Shown here piece after piece: positions 1 to 8,564 of a stretch of 24,919 nucleotides of DNA. Position numbers and translations under genes: made by a program. Every line of letters begins with the position of its first letter. Position 1 is the stretch's first letter. This DNA is from Candidatus Odinarchaeota archaeon (GTDB lineage: Archaea; Asgardarchaeota; Odinarchaeia; Odinarchaeales; Odinarchaeaceae): assembly GCA_038826135.1 (NCBI GenBank), contig JAWBON010000015.1:1-24919 (forward strand). The letters are read 5' to 3'. Below the pieces are notes generated by a model. That model did no database searches and was not told the DNA's origin. It saw only the letters and a list, made by a program, of their open reading frames with translations.

Positions 1-2
1 AA

Positions 3-242
3 CAGCTTATCTTAAGAAAATATAATCAGAGGCGGGCGGCTTACCAGACTATGAGAGAGTTCGCCGCACAGGTTGTTAACAAGACAGATCTGAATTCAAA
101 AGCCCTCTACGAGATTTTATCTATGGTGGAGAAGGCTAAGTACAGTAAGCTGCAATTAACAGACAGTGATTTAACTCAGTCTATAGCCGGCTTCAAGCTT
201 CTTTATAATCAACTAACCGGAGAGGAATTTCAAGGTGGCTAA
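3..242 (+). CDS. DUF4129-like protein, C-terminal part (5' end outside window)
   Basis: Frame is open from base 3 (QLILRKYNQRRAAYQTMREFA...), so the ATG at 51 is probably internal. The pattern T-x-R-E-F-A...L..I...VEKAKYS resembles DUF4129. It lies in the usual DUF4129-DUF4350-MoxR-DUF58 neighbourhood and its stop overlaps the next start. Confidence 0.6.
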   Translation, partial: QLILRKYNQRRAAYQTMREFAAQVVNKTDLNSKALYEILSMVEKAKYSKLQLTDSDLTQSIAGFKLLYNQLTGEEFQGG

Positions 243-1527
243 GCCGAGTATTAAAATAATAATTTTCACATTCATCTTCGCCTTCAGCTTTATACCATTA
301 GTATTACCTTTGATAGGTGTCGGTAACGCGACTGTGGCTGACTACTCGATTTATAATAATAACTGGAACGGGCTTTCAACATTTAAATCAGCTGTTGAAC
401 GAGAAGGGTACCAGGTTAAACCTATTATATCTTCTATAAGCAGTATTAACCGGATTAATAACAGGTCTATTTTATTAATGATAGGGCCTTCAACCATGTA
501 TGACACGCTCTCCGCTTTAGCTTTAGTAGACTATCTTAATGAAGGTGGAAACGTGATAATTGCGGACGACTTCGGCTCCTCTTCATCCCTACTATCAATT
601 TTAACCACGCTTTTACCGGGCGTGGGGTTATTTGAAGGCCATCTGCTGTTAGACGCAGGCTCATACGATAAAAATGTTTCTTTACCTTTAATAAAATCTT
701 TTAACAGTCACCCGGTATTTGACGGTGTTGACACGTTAATATTGAATTACGCTACTGTTATCGCGGGGAGTGCGCTAACTCCTTTAGCTTACACTTCCAG
801 CCTCTCATGGCTGGATGCTAATGCTAACTATGCCTATGATAGTGGAGAGCAGATAGGCCCGTTCACGGTTATAGCTTCAGCAAACTACGGGAACGGGAGT
901 ATGATATTAATTTCTGACCCGTCGATATTCAGTAATGATATGATTAATAGAGCTGATAATTTAAGATTCGCTATTAACTTAGTTAACTGGGCTGCTGGAT
1001 ATAACACCTCCACGCTTATAATATTTGATGAAGGGCATAGACTAGACGTCACAGCCTCAACTTTTTTCTTCGGAACTATATTAGGGGAGGTGAACTGGAT
1101 ATCAAGTAATTGGCTACTAGCACCATTATATCCGATTATCACCGTTTACCTGGTTAAATCATGGCTTCCTAAAAGAGAGAAGAAACCAGTATTATATGAG
1201 GCTTCTAAGCCTTTTAAGAGTGCCTTTTCAAGTAAAATAGACTGGTATAAGATATCCCAGAATTATAATAAAGCTGTAGAGGTTCTGTTCAAGAAATTGA
1301 AAAAAGATCTTTTAGCCGCATACCACCTCAACTATTACGATATAGGATTAGTAGCTGACGCGGTGTTAACTAATAAACCTGAGATTAAAAGAGTTGAAGT
1401 TGAGGTTTTTCTTAAAAATCTGGAGGCGCTTGTTAAAAGCGGTAAAATAATAGTTGATAAAGATATTTTTCTCCGTGTATTTTTAGATATATACAGGTTC
1501 AGAGAGAAGGTGGGTTTAAAATGGTAG
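235..1527 (+). CDS. DUF4350 / GIFT (GATase-like fold) membrane-anchored protein
   Basis: GTG start. N-terminal hydrophobic anchor, then DYSIYNNNWNGLSTFK, LVDYLNEGGNVIIADDFG, MILISDPSIFSNDM and IIFDEGH, typical of DUF4350. A second hydrophobic segment lies near aa 290-310. Directly upstream of MoxR. Confidence 0.8.
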   Translation: MAKPSIKIIIFTFIFAFSFIPLVLPLIGVGNATVADYSIYNNNWNGLSTFKSAVEREGYQVKPIISSISSINRINNRSILLMIGPSTMYDTLSALALVDYLNEGGNVIIADDFGSSSSLLSILTTLLPGVGLFEGHLLLDAGSYDKNVSLPLIKSFNSHPVFDGVDTLILNYATVIAGSALTPLAYTSSLSWLDANANYAYDSGEQIGPFTVIASANYGNGSMILISDPSIFSNDMINRADNLRFAINLVNWAAGYNTSTLIIFDEGHRLDVTASTFFFGTILGEVNWISSNWLLAPLYPIITVYLVKSWLPKREKKPVLYEASKPFKSAFSSKIDWYKISQNYNKAVEVLFKKLKKDLLAAYHLNYYDIGLVADAVLTNKPEIKRVEVEVFLKNLEALVKSGKIIVDKDIFLRVFLDIYRFREKVGLKW

Positions 1528-2489
1528 CTGTTGATGAGAAAACTGTTGAAAGCATTACTGTGGAGAACATTAAAAATTTTAGTGCCGCGATTATAAGAGA
1601 AGTCGGTAAAGTAATAATTGGTAAAAAAGAGCTTATTCGAAATATATTAATCGCGCTTCTGTGTAGAGGCCATGTGTTACTTGAAGGTGTTCCTGGGGTT
1701 GCTAAAACAGAGCTGGCTAAATCATTCGCTACAACTTTAGGCTGCGAATTTAGACGCATCCAGTTCACACCAGATCTTCTCCCATCCGATATTTTAGGCT
1801 CAGTTATATTCGATCAACAGAAAGCTCAGTTTTATCTTAGAAAGGGGCCGATATTCACGAATATATTATTAGCTGATGAGATTAATAGGGCTCCTCCTAA
1901 AACCCAGGCAGCTTTACTTGAATCTATGCAAGAGTTTCAAGTTACTATAGAAGGTAAAACAAATCCTTTAAACCATCCATTCATGGTTTTAGCTACTCAG
2001 AACCCTCTTGAACAGGAGGGTACGTATCCTTTACCGGAGGCTCAGATAGACAGATTCCTGTTCCGTTTAATTGTAGAATACCCGGATGAGAAGGAGGAAG
2101 TTGAAATGCTCTTGAAAAGAAGTATACGCGCCTCCGCTGACATTAAGCCTTTAGCTTCACCTAATATTGTAATCGCGTTACAAGAGTATATTAATAAAAT
2201 ATACGTTGACCCATCTATAATATCGTATATTAAAGATATTGTGATTAAGACTAGGAGTGACCCTCAAATACTTTTAGGCGCCAGTCCTAGAGCCTCAATA
2301 GTTCTTTTAAACTCCGCTAAAGCCCTCGCAGCTATAAGCGGCCGCGATTATGTGATACCGGACGATGTTAAAATTTTAGCTTTCAGTGCTTTGAATCACC
2401 GTCTAATTTTAAGACCGGAGATAGAGCTGGAGGGAATGTCTGTTAAAAGAATAATTGATAGAATATTAGAGTCCACATCCATCCCGTAA
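1521..2489 (+). CDS. moxR: MoxR-family AAA+ ATPase
   Basis: Walker A GVPGVAKT, RIQFTPDLLPSDILG, Walker B LLADEINRAPPKTQAALLE, ATQNPLEQEGTYPLPEAQIDRF, GASPRA. Confidence 0.95.
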   Translation: MVAVDEKTVESITVENIKNFSAAIIREVGKVIIGKKELIRNILIALLCRGHVLLEGVPGVAKTELAKSFATTLGCEFRRIQFTPDLLPSDILGSVIFDQQKAQFYLRKGPIFTNILLADEINRAPPKTQAALLESMQEFQVTIEGKTNPLNHPFMVLATQNPLEQEGTYPLPEAQIDRFLFRLIVEYPDEKEEVEMLLKRSIRASADIKPLASPNIVIALQEYINKIYVDPSIISYIKDIVIKTRSDPQILLGASPRASIVLLNSAKALAAISGRDYVIPDDVKILAFSALNHRLILRPEIELEGMSVKRIIDRILESTSIP

Positions 2490-2498
2490 AGAATATAA

Positions 2499-3830
2499 GT
2501 GGTTGTTATGTTTACTGGAAGAGGGAAGGTTTTAGTTTTAACAGGGGTTTTTCTACTAACCTCCGGGTTCTCATTTATAAACTATTATCTTCTCACAATC
2601 GGGGTTATGCTCATATTCGCGGCGGTCGTGAACCTGCCTTTTTTTAAGCGAAAACAGTACAGTAAACATATTCGCGTGGAGAGAAGCGTAGACAGTGATA
2701 AGGTTTTCGCCCGCGACTTTCTCCATGTGACTGTTAAGATTGAAAACACCGGCGGTGGTGTAATAGACTCCTTAAAGTTTACGGATATGATTCCTGAAAC
2801 ATTTAATCTTGTGCTCGGAAGCAATAGTTTAACCGCTTATCTTAACCCTAACGGTAAATTAGAGTTCTCTTATATAATTCAACCAAGACTTAGAGGAGAG
2901 TACCGTATAGGGCCTTCGAAAGTTACTGTTCACGATAGGCTTCAACTGAACTCTGAGGATATTAACTTTGACAATTACTCTGAGATTCTCGTTTACCCAC
3001 CTTACGATGATATCCGCCGCTACGGGCAGGTCGGTCAGAGAAGAGTTTTAGGAGTTTTATTCGGAGCGCATAAGTCTCGTGATAAAGGTATCGGAATGGA
3101 TTTCTTCGGTATTAGGAGATACGATCCTTCTGATGAGCTGCGCTGGGTTGATTGGAAGGCTACAGCTAGAACTGGTAAACTCATGACTAGGGAGTATGAG
3201 TCTGAGAGAAACATTAAAGTAATGATTCTACTCGACTCATCCGCTTCTATGAGTGCAGGTGACATGGAGAATAATAAGTTGGAGTACTCGATACGTGCGG
3301 CGGTTCTTCTATCCCAGATTGCTTTAAGCCGTAGAGATGAAATCGGATTAGTGGTTTACAGTTCTAAAATAGATGTTTTTATAGAACCCAGATCTGGTAG
3401 TAAGCAAATATTTAGAATTTTAGACGCTTTAGCCAAGGTTTCATCATCCGGGGTTTCTAAAACATATAACGCTGTTAAATACACGGTTGAACGTATGCGA
3501 AAAAACGTTTTCTACATTATGCTCACCGACTTAGAAGGCTCAGCTAAACCAATACTAGAGTCAGCGAAACTGATAAAAGCTAAAGGATCCGAGGTTTTAA
3601 TTATCTCACCGTTCAGTCCGTGGTTTGAAGTGAAATTATACAGTTCAACACCTGTTGAAAAAGCCTTATCGTTAACCGTCGCTGAAGAGTTTTATGAGGT
3701 TAGGCAGAAACTTCTTACAGAATTGAATAAGTATCAGATTCCTGTTTTAACCGTCGGACCTGACGATTACATTCTCACCGTTGTATCAGAATATCTTAAA
3801 GCTAAGAAGAGAGGGGTTGGAGTAACGTAA
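2499..3830 (+). CDS. DUF58 / von Willebrand factor A domain protein (MoxR partner)
   Basis: N-terminal hydrophobic hairpin and Ig-like region. DUF58 motif GMDFFGIRRYDPSDELRWVDWKATAR...REYESER. MIDAS-like LLDSSAS and LTD. The true start may be the ATG at 2508. Confidence 0.9.
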   Translation: MVVMFTGRGKVLVLTGVFLLTSGFSFINYYLLTIGVMLIFAAVVNLPFFKRKQYSKHIRVERSVDSDKVFARDFLHVTVKIENTGGGVIDSLKFTDMIPETFNLVLGSNSLTAYLNPNGKLEFSYIIQPRLRGEYRIGPSKVTVHDRLQLNSEDINFDNYSEILVYPPYDDIRRYGQVGQRRVLGVLFGAHKSRDKGIGMDFFGIRRYDPSDELRWVDWKATARTGKLMTREYESERNIKVMILLDSSASMSAGDMENNKLEYSIRAAVLLSQIALSRRDEIGLVVYSSKIDVFIEPRSGSKQIFRILDALAKVSSSGVSKTYNAVKYTVERMRKNVFYIMLTDLEGSAKPILESAKLIKAKGSEVLIISPFSPWFEVKLYSSTPVEKALSLTVAEEFYEVRQKLLTELNKYQIPVLTVGPDDYILTVVSEYLKAKKRGVGVT

Positions 3831-3841
3831 AGGAGATATAT

Positions 3842-4900
3842 ATGAGTAAGCTGGTTAAATTATTTAAGGCTCTAAGCGTTTCACTCGCAGTGATATTTTT
3901 AACATTCATACTATTAAGTGTTAAAATAGACGTTTGGAGAGCGGAAGCTCTTCCAACACTAATATACCAGTCAGGCTCGTATATCCGATACGGTTTCACA
4001 TTAATAAACTATTATTCAACAATAGCCTTCATAGAAACGCTGTCTTTTTTAACAGCTTCTTTTAACCCTGCTCTAAGCCAAGCTTTAGCTGAGCTCAGCA
4101 GCGGCTACTACAATAATATCTGGATGTCTCAAACAACATCTTTACCAGCATTAAACTCTATGGCGATGAACCTCTACTATTTAGGTTTTCAAATATTATT
4201 AGCAGCAGCTATTCTCTCTCTCGTATTATTTGTTATTAAAACTCAAGTTAAATACGCTGTTATCACATTTACCTGTTTAAACGGCGTCATTGCATTAGCA
4301 GCCTTGCTAGGTAATACACTGATAGGTTTAACACCTTTATCAGGTAATCCTGTAGTATTTTTCACAAACCCTGTGCTGTTGTTAACTGTTATCTCATACT
4401 TCTACTTAGAGGTTTCTTTCACCTATGTTCATGTAAGTGAACTCTTTAACGATAACAGCAAGCGATCAGAAAACATTCTGAATCGAGTAGCCAGCCTTAA
4501 AACTATTCGTGTCCTAGGGGAGAATATGGTTGAAGCAACTCAGGTTAACGCTGAGCAGAGAGCTACTCTATTTAAACTATCAAGCTTTATCGAAAAATTA
4601 GAGCGGGAAAACCCGTCGTTTCCAAGTCTAATAAGCGGTGAATCAGCTGTTCCTGACCAGAAAAAACTGCTTACAAATTTTATAGTAAAATCGCTTTCAA
4701 GAGCGCTGGCGATTATAATACTTGTATTTATATGCGTTAACCCTCTGCCGATATTAGCATTCATCGCACCTACAGCTTTATTGGAGAGCGTTGAGTTTAT
4801 AACACCGGAGATAACGATACTCTTACTACTACCAATAGCTCTTCTTTTCCCAATGCTTTCCTTAATACTATCATATCGCAGAGAGAAAAATACTAGGTGA
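3842..4900 (+). CDS. Polytopic membrane protein of unknown function (about 6-7 TM)
   Basis: 352-aa ORF with AAGGAG SD at 3830-3835, 11 nt after the DUF58 stop. Several hydrophobic segments flank a roughly 85-aa hydrophilic loop. No family recognised. Confidence 0.75.
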   Translation: MSKLVKLFKALSVSLAVIFLTFILLSVKIDVWRAEALPTLIYQSGSYIRYGFTLINYYSTIAFIETLSFLTASFNPALSQALAELSSGYYNNIWMSQTTSLPALNSMAMNLYYLGFQILLAAAILSLVLFVIKTQVKYAVITFTCLNGVIALAALLGNTLIGLTPLSGNPVVFFTNPVLLLTVISYFYLEVSFTYVHVSELFNDNSKRSENILNRVASLKTIRVLGENMVEATQVNAEQRATLFKLSSFIEKLERENPSFPSLISGESAVPDQKKLLTNFIVKSLSRALAIIILVFICVNPLPILAFIAPTALLESVEFITPEITILLLLPIALLFPMLSLILSYRREKNTR

Positions 4901-5143
4901 GCGTTAAATACATGATTTAATAATCCCTACAGATCTATTAGGGAAACTGTAAAAAAGAATTAATATTTTTCTTATTTTAAACCCCTCCACCCTATACTGT
5001 AAAATATTTCGCTATACGGATTTGAGTGAATTTTAAAAAGTTTCATCGTTGAGTTAAAAAATAGATTTAAAAATTTAATGCACTCTTTAAATTAGATTTA
5101 AATAATAATAAGCGATTATATGTTTAGTTGATTAAAACTAGGG

Positions 5144-5929
5144 ATGGTTGTATTGGTTAAAATATCTTATTCTAAAAAATTATCCACCGAGGAGTTGACT
5201 GACTTAATCAGAGAGATAGCCCTGCTGGCTGAAAAAAAACACGGCACTGTAACTATAGACGGGATACCTGTACCTATAACTTTAGCTAAAATGGTTGATC
5301 TAGATTTAGAGCTTGAAGTTGGTAAGGATGAAAACGAGCTTGAATTAGAGCTTAAATGGTCTAAGACCGGGAGCATTGAAGCTGAGAAAGCTACAATTAA
5401 AGCTATAAAAGAATTAAGCGAAACATCGGGAGTGGAGCTTGGGTCTAATGAGGTTCGGGTCGAAGCTGAGAAAACACCGGAGCCTATAAGCCATGTGACT
5501 GAGCCCCTTTCAGAGGAGAAGACGGTTTTACCGGAACAGGCCCCGCTTGAAGAGAAGGCGGAGGCTGATATTGAGAAAAGAATGGAGGCTGTGCTTCAAG
5601 CTTTAACCTCTGAGAAAGAGGGTGAAACAACAGGCGGCGGTGAAATAGACTTTAAACCGCAGGGTAACCTTCTAAAAATAGCTGAGAAAGAAACAGGTGA
5701 ACAGGCTGAGTCTAGTAAGATAAGCAGCTTAGAGGAGAAAATGCCTGAATACACGTCGCTTACCGAGTCTTCGGTAGCGCAGATAGTTGAAAAACTAGAG
5801 GTTACCCCTGAAAAAACGGAAAACAAAACTGAGAAAACCGATGAACTTGACTCTACAGAGGAGCTTGAAAAAATTTTGAAAGCTTTGAAGGAAAGCCGGT
5901 TATCCGAACATGATAAGGAGGCTCAGTAA
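5144..5929 (+). CDS. Amphi-Trp domain protein with long acidic low-complexity C-terminal tail
   Basis: aa 1-73 (KKLSTEELTDLIREIA...VDLDLELEVGKDENELELELKW) match the amphi-Trp pattern ending in ELELxW. The remaining ~190 aa are rich in E/K/S/T. Confidence 0.7.
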   Translation: MVVLVKISYSKKLSTEELTDLIREIALLAEKKHGTVTIDGIPVPITLAKMVDLDLELEVGKDENELELELKWSKTGSIEAEKATIKAIKELSETSGVELGSNEVRVEAEKTPEPISHVTEPLSEEKTVLPEQAPLEEKAEADIEKRMEAVLQALTSEKEGETTGGGEIDFKPQGNLLKIAEKETGEQAESSKISSLEEKMPEYTSLTESSVAQIVEKLEVTPEKTENKTEKTDELDSTEELEKILKALKESRLSEHDKEAQ

Positions 5930-6011
5930 TCTAAGTGTAGCTTTTACCCGGAATATTTGAAGTTTATTTTACGGGCCCGTAGCGAAGCCAGGACATCGCG
6001 CAGCCCTCCGG

Positions 6012-6023
6012 CTCCTAGAAGAA
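6012..6023 (+). other. tRNA intron 1, canonical 37/38 position, 12 nt (CTCCTAGAAGAA)
   Basis: Central helix C32-G, U33-A, C34xA (mismatch), C35-G. 3-nt bulges G36-G37-c and a-a-A38. Relaxed BHB. Confidence 0.85.
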
Positions 6024-6045
6024 AGGCTGAACTCACCGGTTCGAA

Positions 6046-6061
6046 TTTTAAAAGACGGAAA
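6046..6061 (+). other. tRNA intron 2, non-canonical T-loop 59/60 position, 16 nt (TTTTAAAAGACGGAAA)
   Basis: Full BHB. Outer helix is the T stem. 3' bulge a-a-U60. Central helix U54-A, U55-G, C56-G, G57-C. 5' bulge A58-A59-u. Inner helix U-A, U-G, U-A closing an AAA loop. Confidence 0.9.
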
Positions 6062-6084
6062 TCCGGTCGGGCCCGCCAACACTG

Positions 6085-6588
6085 TTAAACACCGCATGCT
6101 CTAATGAATTCATCATTATCCGCCGGTGTTATTATAGCGCTCAACATGTTTTTTTGATATATTTCAAGCAGGTCTCTATCTCTCACTATAGCAACTATTA
6201 TTTTTTCCGGGCTTCCTGCAGTGATCTTCAGCTTTCTCCTAGCTGTTATCTCACTTATTTTTTTAATCTCTGTTAACTGTTCTAAGGGTATTATTTTTTT
6301 ATCAAGACCGTATTCTATTATTATATTTCTCCCAGTGACAGCGTACCTCATATTACTATACTTTATGTGAAAATAAACGCCGAGAGTCACAATCACCCCG
6401 CCTATTGAAACCGAGAAGAGTAGATTATAAACCGGGTTATACACAGTCTCGTACGGGAAAGGCATCAGTAAATAAATCACAATCATAAGTAAAAATCCTG
6501 TGATTAAAAGCGGCAGAGATCTATGCCAGCTTGGAACCCTCATTTTATCCTCGTATACAAGTTCAGCTTCAGACATATCAGCCCTCAT
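6085..6588 (-). CDS. Membrane protein with two TM helices and a bacterial-PH-like domain
   Basis: Two hydrophobic helices, then YAVTGRNIIIEYGLDKKIIPLEQLTEIKKI...IITPADNDEFIRAC, the pattern of bPH-type membrane proteins. The start could be the second Met. Confidence 0.6.
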   Translation of the reverse strand: MRADMSEAELVYEDKMRVPSWHRSLPLLITGFLLMIVIYLLMPFPYETVYNPVYNLLFSVSIGGVIVTLGVYFHIKYSNMRYAVTGRNIIIEYGLDKKIIPLEQLTEIKKISEITARRKLKITAGSPEKIIVAIVRDRDLLEIYQKNMLSAIITPADNDEFIRACGV

Positions 6589-6754
6589 AATAGGTTGAAG
6601 ATTTCACAGTAGCTATTTAAAGGATGTTCGCCTCGTAACATATAAATATAACCGCGTATTATTATATTCGCTGGCTTTAACAACCGCTGATTATATGCTT
6701 GTTAACTAATATAATGTTTAATTGGGTTTTTAATATTTTAAACGGTGCTCTCAG

Positions 6755-8551
6755 ATGGCTCGTATAGCTGTTTTGAAAAGAACTAATTGCAGATCTAGGG
6801 ATTGCGGGAAACCGTGTATGTCCTTCTGTCCAGGTGTGAGAATGGGTGATGAGACGATAAAATTTGAAGAGGGTTCTAAGTACCCTGTTATATCAGAGAC
6901 ATTATGTTCAGGCTGCGGTATATGTGTTAAGAAATGCCCGTTTAACGCGATAACAATAGTGAACACTCCGGAAGCGGTGGAGTCGGAGGCTTCTCACAGA
7001 TATGGTGTTAACCAGTTCGCACTTTTCAGACTACCAATACCGCGGCCGGGAAAAGTTTTAGGAATAATAGGGCGGAATGGAGCTGGTAAATCCACGGCTT
7101 TAAGAATACTCGCCGGTGAGATAAAGCCTAATCTGGGTAATATTACTGACGCCCCTGAATGGGATGAAATCATACAATTCTACAGGGGCTCTGAGTTGCA
7201 ATCATACTTTGAAAATTTATCTAAAGGTGCTCTGAAGATAAGTTATAAGCCTCAATATATCACTAATATACCTAAGGTTTACAACGGTATTGTAGGCGAC
7301 CTCCTCACTAAAATCGATGAGAGAGGTGTCGCGGAGAAATTGAAGCGTGATCTTTACTTGGAGACTATCTGGGGTAGTCAGCTCTCAACTCTTTCAGGCG
7401 GGGAGCTTCAGCGCGTGGCTATAGCTGCTACAGCTGCTAAAGCTGTTGACGTGTACTTATTCGACGAACCGTCCAGCTACCTGGATGTTTTTCAAAGAAT
7501 CACTGCAGCTAAAATCATAAGAGGTCTAGCTGAAGCGGGTAAAACAGTTATCTGCGTTGAACACGATTTAGCTGCTCTCGATTTTCTAAGCGATTACACA
7601 TGCGTGTTATTCGGGGAGCCCGGAGTCTACGGGATTGTATCCCACCCGTACGGTGTTAAAGAGGGTATAAACATATTTCTAGACGGGTATTTACCCGACG
7701 AGAACATCCGATTTAGAGAGGAAGGGATTACTTTTAGTAGAGCTCCTGTACCTAAAATAGTTCAAAAAGATGTCTCGCATCTTCTATTATACGATGGATT
7801 TGAAATAAAACTAGACGGGTTTAAACTGGAAGCGCATTCTGGAGACGTGAAAAAATCTGAGATTATAGGGATTTTAGGTGCTAACGGTATAGGTAAAACA
7901 ACGTTCATCAAAGTATTAGCAGGCTTAATTAAACCAGATACTCCCTTCACCGGCGCAGGGTCCTTGAAGATAAGCTATAAACCCCAGTACCTGGAAAACA
8001 CGTATAATGGGAGTGTTAGAGAGTTCCTTTTATCTGTAGCTAAAACACCCGTCTTGGACTCCTCCACTAAATCCGGGATTATCACACCATTAGAACTTGA
8101 CGACTTAATGGATAAGCCTATACCTATATTGAGCGGAGGGGAATTGCAGAGGGTTGCTATAGCGGGATGTTTGCTAAGAGATGCTGATATATATTTAATA
8201 GATGAGCCTAGTGCTTTCCTAGATGTTGAGCAGAGATTTGCAGCTGCTAAGATTATTAGGAGAATAGTGGAGTCGAAGGGGAAAGCCGCCTTCATAATAG
8301 AGCATGACCTTATAATGTGCGATCATGTGGCTGACCGTCTTATAATATTTGAAGGTGATCCTGGTAGAAAAGGGTTAGCTAACAGCCCCCAGGATATGCG
8401 CGGCGGGATGAATATGTTCTTGAAAATGATGAATATAACTCTTAGACGTGATGTTAAAACAGGCAGACCTAGAATAAATAAAATAGGCTCTAAACTAGAC
8501 ACCGCACAGAAATCTATAGGTGAATACTATTACGCGCCTGTAAAAAAATAG
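6755..8551 (+). CDS. abcE1: ABCE1 (Rli1/RNase L inhibitor homolog) ribosome-recycling ATPase
   Basis: N-terminal 2x[4Fe-4S] motifs CRSRDCGKPCMSFCP and CSGCGICVKKCP. Two NBDs (GRNGAGKS and GANGIGKT, LSGGELQR twice, DEPS twice, EHD twice). C-terminal GRPRINK. Confidence 0.97.
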   Translation: MARIAVLKRTNCRSRDCGKPCMSFCPGVRMGDETIKFEEGSKYPVISETLCSGCGICVKKCPFNAITIVNTPEAVESEASHRYGVNQFALFRLPIPRPGKVLGIIGRNGAGKSTALRILAGEIKPNLGNITDAPEWDEIIQFYRGSELQSYFENLSKGALKISYKPQYITNIPKVYNGIVGDLLTKIDERGVAEKLKRDLYLETIWGSQLSTLSGGELQRVAIAATAAKAVDVYLFDEPSSYLDVFQRITAAKIIRGLAEAGKTVICVEHDLAALDFLSDYTCVLFGEPGVYGIVSHPYGVKEGINIFLDGYLPDENIRFREEGITFSRAPVPKIVQKDVSHLLLYDGFEIKLDGFKLEAHSGDVKKSEIIGILGANGIGKTTFIKVLAGLIKPDTPFTGAGSLKISYKPQYLENTYNGSVREFLLSVAKTPVLDSSTKSGIITPLELDDLMDKPIPILSGGELQRVAIAGCLLRDADIYLIDEPSAFLDVEQRFAAAKIIRRIVESKGKAAFIIEHDLIMCDHVADRLIIFEGDPGRKGLANSPQDMRGGMNMFLKMMNITLRRDVKTGRPRINKIGSKLDTAQKSIGEYYYAPVKK

Positions 8552-8564
8552 AAGAGGGAGAAAT

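Larger units (their letters stand above)
5973..6078 (+). tRNA. tRNA-Arg(CCG) with two introns (6012-6023 at 37/38; 6046-6061 at 59/60) and encoded CCA
   Basis: Acceptor stem GGGCCCG (5973-5979)/CGGGCCC (6068-6074). T8 A9. D stem GCGA/TCGC with GG at 5991-5992 and Arg identity base A20. Anticodon stem CAGCC/GGCTG, loop CT-CCG-G|A. T stem ACCGG/CCGGT, loop TTCGAA|T. G73 then CCA at 6076-6078. Removing both inserts gives a normal 78-nt cloverleaf. Confidence 0.95.

Noticed and set aside
5973-6100. tRNA 3' end as an integration site for a mobile element
   Set aside because: No integrase, no duplicated tRNA 3' fragment and no compositional shift in the window.
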